From a virus, in IMG/VR virus record IMGVR_UViG_3300025096_000006, positions 32,001 through 96,000 of that record: a stretch of 64,000 nucleotides of DNA; one strand, written 5' to 3'. Within the stretch, counting starts at the first letter, position 1; the number at the start of each line of letters is the position of its first letter. The translations under genes were made by a program, and so were the position numbers. The notes below the pieces were generated by a model. It made no database searches. It worked only from the letters and a program-made list of their open reading frames with translations, and was not told the DNA's origin. Shown here one piece after another: positions 46,301 to 56,056 of the stretch.

Positions 46301-49300
46301 GGCTTTCCTGCCCACTCTTCTAAAAACAATTTTTTCATTTTGATAGTCAGTAAACATAGAAGTATTGTATTCAACGTTAGGTACTCTAATAAGTTTAACT
46401 TTTGTTACACCAAAAATATTTTCACTAAATTTAAAATTCTCAAATGGCATTGAATAATATTCTGTATCTATCCAATCATTATTTGAATTAAACCCTGCAT
46501 CTAAACTATTTGCCAAGTCTGTTGCATTGCCTCCAATTGGATCGTCTCCTTGAAGCTGATACTGCAGCCATTCAGCCATATATAGCGGGAAGGCACCTCT
46601 TTGAATTTGCATTGGCACATTTAAAAGCGCGCTACCATCGCTTCCAAAAAGAGGTTCTGCCTTGGTATAAAAATCAACATAAGAGGGATCATTGTAAGAT
46701 TTTCTATAATGAGCGGTTAATGGCTTCCCCATTGTGTCCGACATGATCATATTAATCATCCCCCATCTAGATTCGCCAGGGCCGTTTCCTAGCATATCAA
46801 TTGAAAATGCTGTTTTTAAATCCTCCATATCTCCTGCAAGAATTGCTACGGTGGCAGCAGCAACTGCAGGAGAATCATGAGGCAGCAGTCCATTGTCGCA
46901 CCCAGGATCGGAAATTACAGGAGGTAGGTTCTTCTGTATGTATTCTGGCAAGCCTTGCAATACATCGGATAAATCTCCTAAATCATTTAGAAAGTCAGAA
47001 TTATCACACAAAGCTAAAGCCTGAGCTGGAGTGGCTCTACCGCTATCTACCAGAAGTGCGGTTCTTAATTCGCAAAAATCTTCTATTTCTTCTGGAGATG
47101 CACAAATTGATGGGTTTGACGGAAGACCATCATCTGGTAGATTTTTTAAAAAGTTTTCCAAATCATTTTTAAAGTTTGCTGGAAAAACATTTCCACAATT
47201 TTTAAAGAATGCGCCAACATCATTCTTGTTTGATATGCCATCTCTAAAGTCTGGATATTTATTCTCAAGCAAATTATCTACAACTAATAAAAATTCGCTT
47301 GAAGGACCGCCTAAAAATGCATTAATCAATTCTGTAGCCGTAGTTGCCGATGAAACATCTGCAGCAAAATTAGAAACCTGTTGCTGATCTGATAGCGCAG
47401 CCGTTCCTACTCCCAGAGCAGCCAGCATTTCAGCAATAGTATCTTCAACTTGTTCGTCGTCTGCGTCACTGCCGCAGATAGCCTCTTTAACTATATCATT
47501 AAAAGTAGTTCTTCCGGTGACGAGATCTGGCAACCCAGCTGCTAAAGCACCAACAGTTTCTAGTGCTTTACAAACTGCTTTTCCTAGCAATTCGCATAAT
47601 TTTGCCATTATCTTAAACAATATAGAGACAATAATATCTTTTAATGCTTCAATTGCAGCATCAATAAGTGCTTTTGTAAGATCCTTCAGTTCTGGAATCC
47701 AAGCAAATGGATTGTCTAATCTTGGAATTACCAGATCGCCAGTGGAGCGACAAAATGGAAGCTCTATACTTTTAATAAAATCCATTATTGTAGGATCAAA
47801 CTGGGGAGGCCCTGGACAGTCAGCAGCTACAATAATTTTTGTTATAAGGGCTACTCCGGGAAATTTATTTAAATGGTCCACAAGGCTTAGTAAATCTCCT
47901 TTGTATACTTCGATCATTGCAAGAATATAAGCTTGAAGTACAATATCAGGACTTAATTGATTTGAGGCTTTTCGATTGTCGTATGTCTGCGCTAAAGTTC
48001 TTTCTACTCGTTGACCATCAATTTCCTCTGGCTCATCATCATCAGCGCCGTAAACGTCCTCAGCTAATCTTCTATTTTTCCAGGGAGCAGCCCATTTTAC
48101 TTTTCCTTGTGCTTCTTCTTTCAAGCGCACATTAAAGCTTTCCAAGTCTCCGTTTATAGCATCTGACATTTGCTGGGGATTTGAGTCGGAAGCAAAGAGA
48201 TTTCCACTTTCAATCTTTTGCGCAACAAGATTCGAAATCTTTTCTTGTTTTTCTGGTGGTAGTCCGACAAATAACTTTTCAAAATTATCTATTTCTAATG
48301 CGCGCATAGCCGACATTAAAATTTTAGACAAGCCAGCTTCTAAAGTCAGCCCTCCAAATAAACACTTTATTCCGTCCATGAGCATATCGGTTAAACCACA
48401 AATTTTAATTTGCTCAAAAGAGTCGCGCCAGACAGATCTTAAATCCTTACCGCCGTGCTCACCCTTGCCTTTTGGCGCCAGCGCCATGCACATCATACCA
48501 AAAGGATCGCCTTCCTCTTCTAATTGTTTATATGCCTGTACTGCTGCTATTTTGGTTATGTGTTCCGACTGTCTGTAATTTGCATCATAATCAAATCCAA
48601 GTCTTCGATCAAACTCAACATTTTCATCCGGCTCCATGCACAATCGTTTATTAAATTCCCAAGCTAAAATATCAGCTAACCCAAAAACATCGTCCATGAT
48701 ATCTTGACCTAGTTGCTTAGCCTCTTGTTCTAATCGTCCAGCGATACAAGAGCCGACTGTAGCAGCTGGATCAGATTGATTTGCGGGATATCCAAATGTC
48801 TCCGTAATCAAAGGGTAGGTATGTTCTACCAAAAATTCTATCCACGGCTTTGGTTCTCTAGCTGTTAGATCGGTTACCATGTCATCTAATTTGGTTAAGT
48901 AAGCCATGGCTGTTTTGTCTTTAAAACTGTCACTATTATTGAGAGACTCTATCTGATCTTTTTTGAAGACAGTTGGATTTTCACCACAAGCAATAGTCCA
49001 AATTTTAAGTTTTTTTAACGTATATTCAGAGTCAAATCTTAATAGAAATTTAGTTATTCTATCTTTAAGAAAAGCCGGTCGAGAGCCGATGCCGGCTATA
49101 TTATATCCTTTAGTGTTTAAAAACCTATCTAAATCTCTTATGGTATCACCTAAAGTAGAATTTCGACCACCATAATTCTCTAAATTAAAGATATTTCCGC
49201 CTTCTTCAAAAACTAAATTTCCATTTTCAAGACCTCTAAAAACTTTTAAATATCTGTTGTAGAGCTTTAGTCCTTTTCGTACTTGTATAAGCTTTTCTGT

Positions 49301-49843
49301 GAAGTCTTCAGGCTCATAAACTACAGTTATATCGGAAGATTCTTCATCTTCGTTATCATCAGGCTCAGGCGGTGCTGGATCTAATTCGTCTATAACACTA
49401 TAATCTATAGAAAATAATAACTTTAATCTACTAGTAGGTCTTACGTCAAGGTAGTAGCTTGTTTTTTCAAGAGCCGATCGAACTGCTTGCACAGAATCAG
49501 CTGAGCCGTCTTTAGAAAATCCTTTTATTAAGCTTTCAGCAGCTGTTTGCATATATTCAGAAAAAACACTTTGAAGAGCCTCTTCAGCTTCTTCTTCTGT
49601 TGCATTTTCAGGCGCATTTGTACTTTCGTATGAGGTAACAACTGTTATTTGATATTTGCAAAGCTTTCCATTAAAATAAGGATCATCTTGTGTAAGTTCT
49701 TTCCAAGAAGGAACCATAGCAAACGGATTTGGTCTGCATTCCGGACAATATTTGGTTTCTTCAACATCAATTATTTCTTCACAAACATCAATTAATGAAT
49801 CACCATTTTTGTCCTGATACTGTAAAAATTTAGATTCTGCCAT
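43352..49843 (-). CDS. Very large (2163 aa) acidic hypothetical protein in the baseplate hub region
   Basis: Uninterrupted ORF between spike-like and gp25-like genes; N-terminal DKNGDSLID loop. Confidence 0.6.
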   Translation of the reverse strand: MAESKFLQYQDKNGDSLIDVCEEIIDVEETKYCPECRPNPFAMVPSWKELTQDDPYFNGKLCKYQITVVTSYESTNAPENATEEEAEEALQSVFSEYMQTAAESLIKGFSKDGSADSVQAVRSALEKTSYYLDVRPTSRLKLLFSIDYSVIDELDPAPPEPDDNEDEESSDITVVYEPEDFTEKLIQVRKGLKLYNRYLKVFRGLENGNLVFEEGGNIFNLENYGGRNSTLGDTIRDLDRFLNTKGYNIAGIGSRPAFLKDRITKFLLRFDSEYTLKKLKIWTIACGENPTVFKKDQIESLNNSDSFKDKTAMAYLTKLDDMVTDLTAREPKPWIEFLVEHTYPLITETFGYPANQSDPAATVGSCIAGRLEQEAKQLGQDIMDDVFGLADILAWEFNKRLCMEPDENVEFDRRLGFDYDANYRQSEHITKIAAVQAYKQLEEEGDPFGMMCMALAPKGKGEHGGKDLRSVWRDSFEQIKICGLTDMLMDGIKCLFGGLTLEAGLSKILMSAMRALEIDNFEKLFVGLPPEKQEKISNLVAQKIESGNLFASDSNPQQMSDAINGDLESFNVRLKEEAQGKVKWAAPWKNRRLAEDVYGADDDEPEEIDGQRVERTLAQTYDNRKASNQLSPDIVLQAYILAMIEVYKGDLLSLVDHLNKFPGVALITKIIVAADCPGPPQFDPTIMDFIKSIELPFCRSTGDLVIPRLDNPFAWIPELKDLTKALIDAAIEALKDIIVSILFKIMAKLCELLGKAVCKALETVGALAAGLPDLVTGRTTFNDIVKEAICGSDADDEQVEDTIAEMLAALGVGTAALSDQQQVSNFAADVSSATTATELINAFLGGPSSEFLLVVDNLLENKYPDFRDGISNKNDVGAFFKNCGNVFPANFKNDLENFLKNLPDDGLPSNPSICASPEEIEDFCELRTALLVDSGRATPAQALALCDNSDFLNDLGDLSDVLQGLPEYIQKNLPPVISDPGCDNGLLPHDSPAVAAATVAILAGDMEDLKTAFSIDMLGNGPGESRWGMINMIMSDTMGKPLTAHYRKSYNDPSYVDFYTKAEPLFGSDGSALLNVPMQIQRGAFPLYMAEWLQYQLQGDDPIGGNATDLANSLDAGFNSNNDWIDTEYYSMPFENFKFSENIFGVTKVKLIRVPNVEYNTSMFTDYQNEKIVFRRVGRKATPDIALDFRDNGRGFRALYGTSFSEGFRIEMFLSDLEKNGVTGTITNRRSDNMRIMITELKNPDAMVPSIAAHLDIEEGGAEPDGSGDSDSVGEELLYEFVSDDGWYSGLDLNFTQYPNYNVLFEGSEDADEPISEYAPQVVLLSEITGVDTTTAKSFYNEKMQTLFKMLVSDIAGDSDNPNIAFQYGAKYDDLTRAGIDYLVPQGYINEGELYSKGEIEDEDASGGQRKIRNSDAILGISRDMWDNIEAGTPEKTRVFYLDPMEFGGSYKNPPLYIKPMPNKGWLGLIDVLFPDLSPCKPNRTDLVDFEEIEDQVKESYPSIPEDQRLKADPDCVYELPYNRILERASASGIEGLITAACRIYACTHLIKIIPVISKFKPLVSEVFSSAYAAYIVEEMEQSFRDAQGPGSEALNPFKDDEFWFSFLEQVVQMYGRKLDEGTTLEPPQNVLTAMSNLNNFQETYKSMYPMKEPSLSPNAKSPEGPNANSLQVAKDLKQEPRVRSIKTYRYNENLEAVQASSDDAKVVLRHLIVEELNKMGEKLTNNLSLVEMGPEEGEYYSDLADYVLMKLTHGSNLELNKKIKEEIVGLPTKDEPDPGEQGYEYPGPYYSSGGELASSSGEDYVGYYHIHEDTDGAMIYMAGEFHTEEAHDILQPTASKVIVPIGSISDYGTATTYDITKIFMVEKYMSIDGIKYSVSTAMDELSTIASTYSTETMPNISDLYPGSLEQVLDPYGSGQVIGLTGELGIRHGLEFSIMINDQKITLTTVEVDALDYKINNVAPLEDNSKLLLCLVNMLKEDDNFKLFTKYIFPLNKILSTIAIYCDMAFLPSIGEWTVSTGDTIGIDASQDTKPGVFAEITKDGAGKIASIETSGNAGWASAAERQAASIGTLYVREWDDWDKVLLKRTKLKLKRRFKKYYHFRDWSFDGWSKPRPGEIVMKNLRDAMRPKPGERLLPRWKKRRLRDNPYDLNGQLCEKSDE

Positions 49844-49852
49844 TTATAAGTC

Positions 49853-50899
49853 CTATGTTATGCTAACATTTGAGCTGCATATTCTCTTGTGTGAAAATGG
49901 TTGCTGATAGTTCATTTGCCACATAAATAAATTAATTTTTGTCTGCCATACATTATTAATTACCTTATCCACTAATTGTGGGCACGTTTGAGAGGTGGCA
50001 GCTGCCACCCATGGACGCAACGGGTCTATCCCAATAATTACATTATGAATTGTTTGTATAGCCGACATCATCAGCAGGGCGCCGGCGATAGCATCTACTG
50101 AGGCTACTAATTCTTGAAGCGCATCTAAAAGATTGTCTCCCAGCACTGCTGGTTGTAGTGTTTCAATCTTCATTGTTTGTGTTTTCCTTTTGCCGGACTT
50201 GGCATCGGTGTAGCTGTAGCTTATAACCTTGGGCTCTGTATTGTTGCCGGCAATCAGTTCAATTTTTCCAGCTACTGGAAGCTTTCCGCCGCGAGAATTT
50301 AGCTCGCCATCTTTTCCAAAGCCTCTAAATTGTCCTTTTCCGGTGACTATTTTAATGCCCTCTCTTCCAATAACGCGAACGTGATCCGCTTTTATTCCTA
50401 TTCCTGAACGCGCCATACTGGCGTTTTTTAAATCTCTATCGGCTCTTCCTTTGGCTATGGAAAAGTTTTTATCTATATTTGTTAATTGGCTAATGTGTAT
50501 TCTGGCGGCGTCTGCTCCAAAATGATTATGAATCATTTTTCTGGGTTTTGGTCCCTTTCCTTTTCTTGCAGAAGCCATGCGACCCACAACTAAATCAATT
50601 GATGCCGCTTTTTGTGCACCAATGCCACCATAACCTGAAAGGCAGTGGGTCGGGCGGTCTCTTCCCAATACAATAGAGGCGCCACCGATTGTTATTGGCG
50701 GCTTCTCACCTTTGCATTCTTTAAATCGTGGAAGAGACTCTTCAACATGAGTTCCAAAAAGACCACTGTGTCCCGGCGTAAAATTAATATTATAGCCCTG
50801 ATCTAAAATGGTTTTAGTAGATTTTATACGACTTTTAAGTTGTGGGTCAAACTGACTGTTTTCGCCGCCTTCAAATATATATCCTTTTTTTATGGACAT
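49853..50899 (-). CDS. Putative baseplate central spike-related protein (gp5-C/gpV-like)
   Basis: Gly/Ile-rich beta-strand repeats (GIGIKADHVRVIGREGIKIVTG) and QPAVLGDNL; follows the M23 hub gene. Confidence 0.45.
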   Translation of the reverse strand: MSIKKGYIFEGGENSQFDPQLKSRIKSTKTILDQGYNINFTPGHSGLFGTHVEESLPRFKECKGEKPPITIGGASIVLGRDRPTHCLSGYGGIGAQKAASIDLVVGRMASARKGKGPKPRKMIHNHFGADAARIHISQLTNIDKNFSIAKGRADRDLKNASMARSGIGIKADHVRVIGREGIKIVTGKGQFRGFGKDGELNSRGGKLPVAGKIELIAGNNTEPKVISYSYTDAKSGKRKTQTMKIETLQPAVLGDNLLDALQELVASVDAIAGALLMMSAIQTIHNVIIGIDPLRPWVAAATSQTCPQLVDKVINNVWQTKINLFMWQMNYQQPFSHKRICSSNVSIT

Positions 50900-50927
50900 A
50901 GTTTTACCTTATTTCCTTGTTATTAAA

Positions 50928-52289
50928 TTATCGCGCCCACTCAAGATATTTTTTGTACTTAGCTAAACTTTTTGATGGAAGTTTGCAGATGGGCGCACTA
51001 TCTGTACCGGCGCTAGCTCGTCGACCAAGCCAATGCAGACTGCCATATACATTGCACATGCCAAATTTATTTCCTTCATTTTGAATGCCTAATGACTGAA
51101 TTGGATCGCAGTTTGATCCATATTGATTGTAAACTTCAAAATGCAAATGATTACCGGTAGAACATCCGGTGGTTCCCATAATAGCAATATTTTGACCCAT
51201 TTTTACTGAGTCTCCTTTTTTAAGATCAGGGTGTACTTTGTGTATGTGCATATACTTTGTGCGTTTAATATTTTTGAGACCTGGGTGACTTATTGATATA
51301 ATAGTGCCGCCTCCGCCGGGTTTTGGTTTACAGCCTCCGTTTGGATTTAAATTGATGGACTCAACCACGCCATCTGCGATTGCATAGATGCCTGTTCCCT
51401 TAGTACTATTGGCCATATCTATGCCGGCATGCTTGCTGATTGTTCCCTTTTTTGGGTGTACACGGGCAGGGCTCCATGCGGAGGTAAACCTTCCCTCGCA
51501 AGGTACAACGATAGATTCGCCGGGCCCCAGGAGGAGTGGAAAATAAGGAGTCGGCGCGGAGCCGGCTGGGGCTGGGGAGCCAGAACCATAATGTATATTG
51601 ATACTATCTCCTTCAAAAATCATATTGTCTAAGCAGTCTTTATAATCATCTTTGCATTTTTTCTCTTGAACATCAAAAAGATTACTTAAAACAACACACT
51701 CGCTTCGAGAGCGATCTTCTACATGAACAACGTTTCCGCTGGAGTCGGTAGTTCGCTTACCGGAGATTGTAGAGTCAGATACAACTTCTAAAAAAGTCCC
51801 TACTTGTAAATTGTACGAAAATACATTTCCTTGCAATTCAACACGTACCTTGTCACCTACTTTTGGCTTTGTATACTCTCCACCTGAAGTAAGTTCTTGC
51901 TGAGTAGATGATACAAATGTTGTATGAAGCGCAATAATTTCCATGGCTGCAGTTATTTGCTCATCGTCATTCGTATTAATTTCCAAATCACAAGGATCTG
52001 GTATAAATTCATGTGGAGTGGGCATGCCGGGTTCGTCTAATATTCGACCCTTAAACATAAATCTTGAGATTCTATCTGCGCCGGTCTTGGCAACTGGACC
52101 TTTATAGTTTAAATCTAACTCAGACAACACCACAGGCGTGGTCAACACCACGGCATTAAAAATAGTTTTACCCTCATATGCGTTGTAAATAAGGCTTTGA
52201 CGAACAGCATTAGATAACAAATCGAAAGCATTCTTAGATGTTGAATAGACTGTAGGATCAATATATTGTCGATGTTTGTTAGAACCCAT
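50928..52289 (-). CDS. Baseplate hub-like protein with M23 peptidoglycan endopeptidase domain
   Basis: HAGID (HxxxD), YMH and GCSTGNHLHFEV (HxH) M23 motifs; N-terminal PKVGDKVRV resembles the gp5 OB-fold. Confidence 0.8.
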   Translation of the reverse strand: MGSNKHRQYIDPTVYSTSKNAFDLLSNAVRQSLIYNAYEGKTIFNAVVLTTPVVLSELDLNYKGPVAKTGADRISRFMFKGRILDEPGMPTPHEFIPDPCDLEINTNDDEQITAAMEIIALHTTFVSSTQQELTSGGEYTKPKVGDKVRVELQGNVFSYNLQVGTFLEVVSDSTISGKRTTDSSGNVVHVEDRSRSECVVLSNLFDVQEKKCKDDYKDCLDNMIFEGDSINIHYGSGSPAPAGSAPTPYFPLLLGPGESIVVPCEGRFTSAWSPARVHPKKGTISKHAGIDMANSTKGTGIYAIADGVVESINLNPNGGCKPKPGGGGTIISISHPGLKNIKRTKYMHIHKVHPDLKKGDSVKMGQNIAIMGTTGCSTGNHLHFEVYNQYGSNCDPIQSLGIQNEGNKFGMCNVYGSLHWLGRRASAGTDSAPICKLPSKSLAKYKKYLEWAR

Positions 52290-52290
52290 T

Positions 52291-52578
52291 TTATTTCTCC
52301 TGAATTAAATCAAATAAATTATTTTTATCTTCTTCGGAAAGCTCAACTGAATTTGATTGACCTTTTTGGCGAAGTCCTATTAATTTAACTAGTTGTTCAT
52401 TAGATCTTTGAAGAGTCTCTATATGTTTGGCAGCAACTGGACTTAGGTACTTATTTTGTTCAGCATCTGTGGCTATTTGGTTGGCGATTTCATTTAAAAA
52501 TTCACGAGCTACTTTTCTATCGCTACGTATATTGCCGAGCGCCTCTTCAATTAAAGATTCTAAGTCTTTTTTGCTCAT
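52291..52578 (-). CDS. Small helical protein (possible terminase small subunit)
   Basis: Start reassigned to MSKK at 52578 (ATGA overlap with the sigma gene); two long amphipathic helices. Confidence 0.3.
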   Translation of the reverse strand: MSKKDLESLIEEALGNIRSDRKVAREFLNEIANQIATDAEQNKYLSPVAAKHIETLQRSNEQLVKLIGLRQKGQSNSVELSEEDKNNLFDLIQEK

Positions 52579-53291
52579 AAATCGCCACTTTCCCAATCTT
52601 GTTTAAATAAATAATATTTCTTGCGAAATTTCTTTAGTGAGTTGACAATCTGTTTTGTATTCAATCCGGTAATTTCGCGAAGATATAAGTAAATAGCTTT
52701 TTTATTAAAAATATCTATGTCTTCTTTTGACTCAAAAAGTATTATAATTGCTTTATAAACCCGAAGATCGTTGTCTTTCATTGGCGACGTGTCCCAAGAT
52801 TTTAATTCAGTATAAAATGAACTCCAAAATTCATCTTGTTCTCGTTGTGTCAAATATGATTCATTGGTTGATAAATATTCTTCTTCGAATTTTTTAGATA
52901 TATTATCGTAATCAATTTCGCGCTTATTCTTCTTTTGTTGTCTTTTGACTTTGTGAATAAACCAGTTTTTTGTAATCACTGAAAAATAAGAAAAGGCTTT
53001 GGAGCCTTTTGTGGGATCATATTTGTCTAAGATAGTCATTAGCCAAATCTTACATTCATCTCGCAGAACATCACAATTTGGCAAATTTGTAAATTTATAA
53101 GTAAAAACAATTTTATCAACCATTTCATCAAATGCTGGTTGAATCCATTTTACATAAAGTTCTGTTCGTTCTCTTATACAGTTTGTATTGCTGTATCGTA
53201 TAATCGCGTCTTCATGTTCGTGTGTAAAATAATGATTTTTTTTACGGGCTCGTCGTCTCTTCTTCGGCTTCGGGATATTCTCCGTCGTCAT
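52575..53291 (-). CDS. Phage RNA polymerase sigma factor, T4 gp55-like (late)
   Basis: KNHYF at the N-terminus and LDKYDPTKGSKAFSYFSVITKNWF as sigma region 2. Confidence 0.8.
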   Translation of the reverse strand: MTTENIPKPKKRRRARKKNHYFTHEHEDAIIRYSNTNCIRERTELYVKWIQPAFDEMVDKIVFTYKFTNLPNCDVLRDECKIWLMTILDKYDPTKGSKAFSYFSVITKNWFIHKVKRQQKKNKREIDYDNISKKFEEEYLSTNESYLTQREQDEFWSSFYTELKSWDTSPMKDNDLRVYKAIIILFESKEDIDIFNKKAIYLYLREITGLNTKQIVNSLKKFRKKYYLFKQDWESGDL

Positions 53292-53589
53292 CTATGCGGT
53301 CTCCTTCTTCAGTTAGTGAATATATAAATTCAAATGTGTCCAATTGTTCATTAAAGGATATCGCATGTTGCAATAATGCATTTAAAGTTTCATCGCCATA
53401 AAAAGATTCTAATTCATATACAGTCTTTAGGTGACCAGCAAAAGAATTTATCATATTTTGCAAATCTCCTAACTCCTCTGATACAAATAAAAGACGAGAT
53501 ACTACAGCACGAGCATAAATAAACACTCCAATATTGAACAAGATTGAAACAAACAAAATTGCAAACAATATTATTTCAAGTCGATTCAT
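53242..53589 (-). CDS. Single-TM membrane protein
   Basis: IILFAILFVSILFNIGVFIYA hydrophobic helix. Confidence 0.7.
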   Translation of the reverse strand: MNRLEIILFAILFVSILFNIGVFIYARAVVSRLLFVSEELGDLQNMINSFAGHLKTVYELESFYGDETLNALLQHAISFNEQLDTFEFIYSLTEEGDRIDDDGEYPEAEEETTSP

Positions 53590-53836
53590 CTTCTTTTAAA
53601 TCCTTTTTAAATTGTTTTAAAATCTCGCGGTTTTCTTCTATATATTCTTTTGTTAATTCACCTATTTTGTCTTGCTTAATTTCGATGTCGTCTTTTATTA
53701 TTATAGGCGTTGACAACAACTTTCGCATGCTCTGAGATGCTCCGCACTCCTGACAATCTACTAGCACCTCATTGATGCTGTGAATTGTTGTAAAGGTGAG
53801 AGTGCACTCTTCGCACATATATCTATATCTAGGCAT
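53576..53836 (-). CDS. FmdB-family zinc-ribbon protein
   Basis: MPRYRYMCEEC...CQECG. Confidence 0.8.
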   Translation of the reverse strand: MPRYRYMCEECTLTFTTIHSINEVLVDCQECGASQSMRKLLSTPIIIKDDIEIKQDKIGELTKEYIEENREILKQFKKDLKEDEST

Positions 53837-54044
53837 CCTGTGATTTAGCCATGTTTCCTAAATCATCGTCTGTAATTTCACTATTGTCGGTAAATCTTAC
53901 AGTGGGAGGATTGAGAACGACTAGACCGTCCGCGGAGTTTTCTAACTTCCATCCTTGAATTACTGGCACTATGTCTGTTTGGTGCAGCAACGATTCTTGA
54001 AGGGCCATCATAATAGCTCCGATTGCTTGGTTTGATAATTGCAT
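53829..54044 (-). CDS. Hypothetical protein
   Basis: 71 aa with AGGAG RBS, tightly packed. Confidence 0.7.
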   Translation of the reverse strand: MQLSNQAIGAIMMALQESLLHQTDIVPVIQGWKLENSADGLVVLNPPTVRFTDNSEITDDDLGNMAKSQDA

Positions 54045-54053
54045 TTTTTCTCC

Positions 54054-55004
54054 TTACCATTTAAAATTATGCTTATAGTATTGAACTATTGATCCGATCT
54101 CTACATCGAATTCCTTTTCTGGCTTCCATCCTAAAGATCGCAATTTATCGTCATTCAGAGCATAACGAATATCTTGCCCCTCTCTTACGTGAGTAAGATC
54201 GAGAAAACGACTCCAGTCTCTTTGTTCACCAAAATATTTTCTTAAAATTTTGTTTACTGTTACGATATTCTTTTGTTCAAAGCCGCCGGCAACATTATAA
54301 ATTTCATTATAGGTTCCGGACTCAACTAATGCAATAACTGCAGAAGCTGTATCGTCTGCATGTAGCCAATTTCTAATCGGCTCTCCTTTGTTGTGAAGTT
54401 TAATTTTTTTATTTCGTTTTAAAAGCTTAACAGTAACTGGAATTAGCTTTTCTGGGTACTGTCCAATTCCATAATTGTTGGTCGGACGTAAAATCAAATA
54501 TTTAATTCCATAAGTCCTAGCCCACGCAAGAACCAACATATCGGCTGCTGCCTTAGATGCAGAATATGGATTGCTTGGCTTTAAGATATCAGTCTCAATA
54601 TGTTCGCCTTCGGTAATATCTCCATATACTTCATCCGTACTAAAGTGAAAAAAGATTGGGCGATCGCTAACATTTTCCTGTTTGTTGCGAATAAGATCTA
54701 AAAGATTTTTGACGCCAACAATGTTAGATTCAATAAAATCTGTACTGTCAACAATACTATTCCCAACATGAGACTCTGCCGCTATATTAATAACATAATC
54801 GCAGTCTGGTAAGTACTTTAGCGTTGCTATATTTTCTTTTACAAAGGTAAAATTTTTATAGCGACCAAACTCATCTAAAAATTGCATGTTTGCTGCATAA
54901 GTGCAACAATCAATTCCGTATACTTTCCAGCCTAGTGTCAAGCATTGTCGAGTTACATGAGAACCAATTAGCCCCAGGCACCCAGTTATTGTTACTAGTT
55001 TCAT
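54054..55004 (-). CDS. rfbB: dTDP-glucose 4,6-dehydratase (RmlB/RfbB-like)
   Basis: TGCLGLIG, TYA, AAESHV, STDEVYG, PYSASK, NNYG.GQYPEKLIP, RNWLH; start reassigned to 55004 (ATGA overlap). Confidence 0.88.
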   Translation of the reverse strand: MKLVTITGCLGLIGSHVTRQCLTLGWKVYGIDCCTYAANMQFLDEFGRYKNFTFVKENIATLKYLPDCDYVINIAAESHVGNSIVDSTDFIESNIVGVKNLLDLIRNKQENVSDRPIFFHFSTDEVYGDITEGEHIETDILKPSNPYSASKAAADMLVLAWARTYGIKYLILRPTNNYGIGQYPEKLIPVTVKLLKRNKKIKLHNKGEPIRNWLHADDTASAVIALVESGTYNEIYNVAGGFEQKNIVTVNKILRKYFGEQRDWSRFLDLTHVREGQDIRYALNDDKLRSLGWKPEKEFDVEIGSIVQYYKHNFKW

Positions 55005-56056
55005 AGCGTGCCCCACTTAACACTGGGCAAGCCAATACTGTCTTCCTCGCCTGCTTCTTTTCTTTTTACTCTTTCAGCAATCCACGAATATGTTTTTTGC
55101 ATGCCATCTATAAGAGGCTGCGAGACTGACCATCCAATTTCTTCCTTATATAAAGTATTGTCAGAATTTCTTCCGTTTACTCCAACAGGGCAACGATGTC
55201 CATATTTGGCTTTAAACTCTTCTCCATCAATATTGTGGATTTTTAAATCTTTTTCTGAAATGCCTATTACCATTTGCGCAAAATCATTCATTGAAATCAT
55301 CTCTTCAGATCCAATATTAACAGGACCAGCAAAATCTGATTGCATTAGACGATAGGTAGCCTCAACACATTCATCTACATATAAAAATGATCTAGTCTGG
55401 GTACCTGGACCCCAAATTTCAACAGTGCCGCCTTCAGGTGCCTCCGCTACCTTGCGACAAAACGCAGCAGGAGCTTTTTCTCTGCCGCCGGTCCATGTGC
55501 CATATGGTCCAAAAATATTATGATAGCGCCCAATACAGACTTCTAAACCCTTATTTCTCATAAAAGATAAAAACATGCGTTCAGAAAAAAGCTTTTCCCA
55601 GCCATATTCTGAGTCTGGATTTGCAGGATACGCAGAATCTTCTACGCAATTAGGGTTGTTAGGATCCAGTTGGTTGTGCTCAGGATACATGCACGCCGAC
55701 GATGAGTAGAAAACTTTTCCTACATTTTTTTTAACTGCTTCATGTGCAATATTTAAATTAATTAACGCAGAATTATGCATAATATCAGCATCATTCTCAC
55801 CCGTAAATACAAACCCGGCGCCGCCCATATCAGCAGCTAGTTGATAAATCTCATCCATTTCATCATCGATAACGGACGCAACCACTAAAGGATCGCGAAG
55901 ATCGCCAATTACAAAATTATCTGCCGCTTTGTGGACGGCATGAAACTCGTTATACTTTAAATCAACGCCGCGGACCCAATATCCGCGAGCCTTCAAAAAC
56001 TTTACAAGGTGGCCACCAATAAACCCACCCGCACCACAAACCAGCGCTTTTTTCAT
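55001..56056 (-). CDS. GDP-mannose 3',5'-epimerase (GME)-like SDR enzyme
   Basis: GAGGFIG, LAADMGG.GF, YSSSACMYP, DSEYGWEKL and GGREKAPAAFCRK are characteristic of the GME subfamily. Confidence 0.85.
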   Translation of the reverse strand: MKKALVCGAGGFIGGHLVKFLKARGYWVRGVDLKYNEFHAVHKAADNFVIGDLRDPLVVASVIDDEMDEIYQLAADMGGAGFVFTGENDADIMHNSALINLNIAHEAVKKNVGKVFYSSSACMYPEHNQLDPNNPNCVEDSAYPANPDSEYGWEKLFSERMFLSFMRNKGLEVCIGRYHNIFGPYGTWTGGREKAPAAFCRKVAEAPEGGTVEIWGPGTQTRSFLYVDECVEATYRLMQSDFAGPVNIGSEEMISMNDFAQMVIGISEKDLKIHNIDGEEFKAKYGHRCPVGVNGRNSDNTLYKEEIGWSVSQPLIDGMQKTYSWIAERVKRKEAGEEDSIGLPSVKWGTL

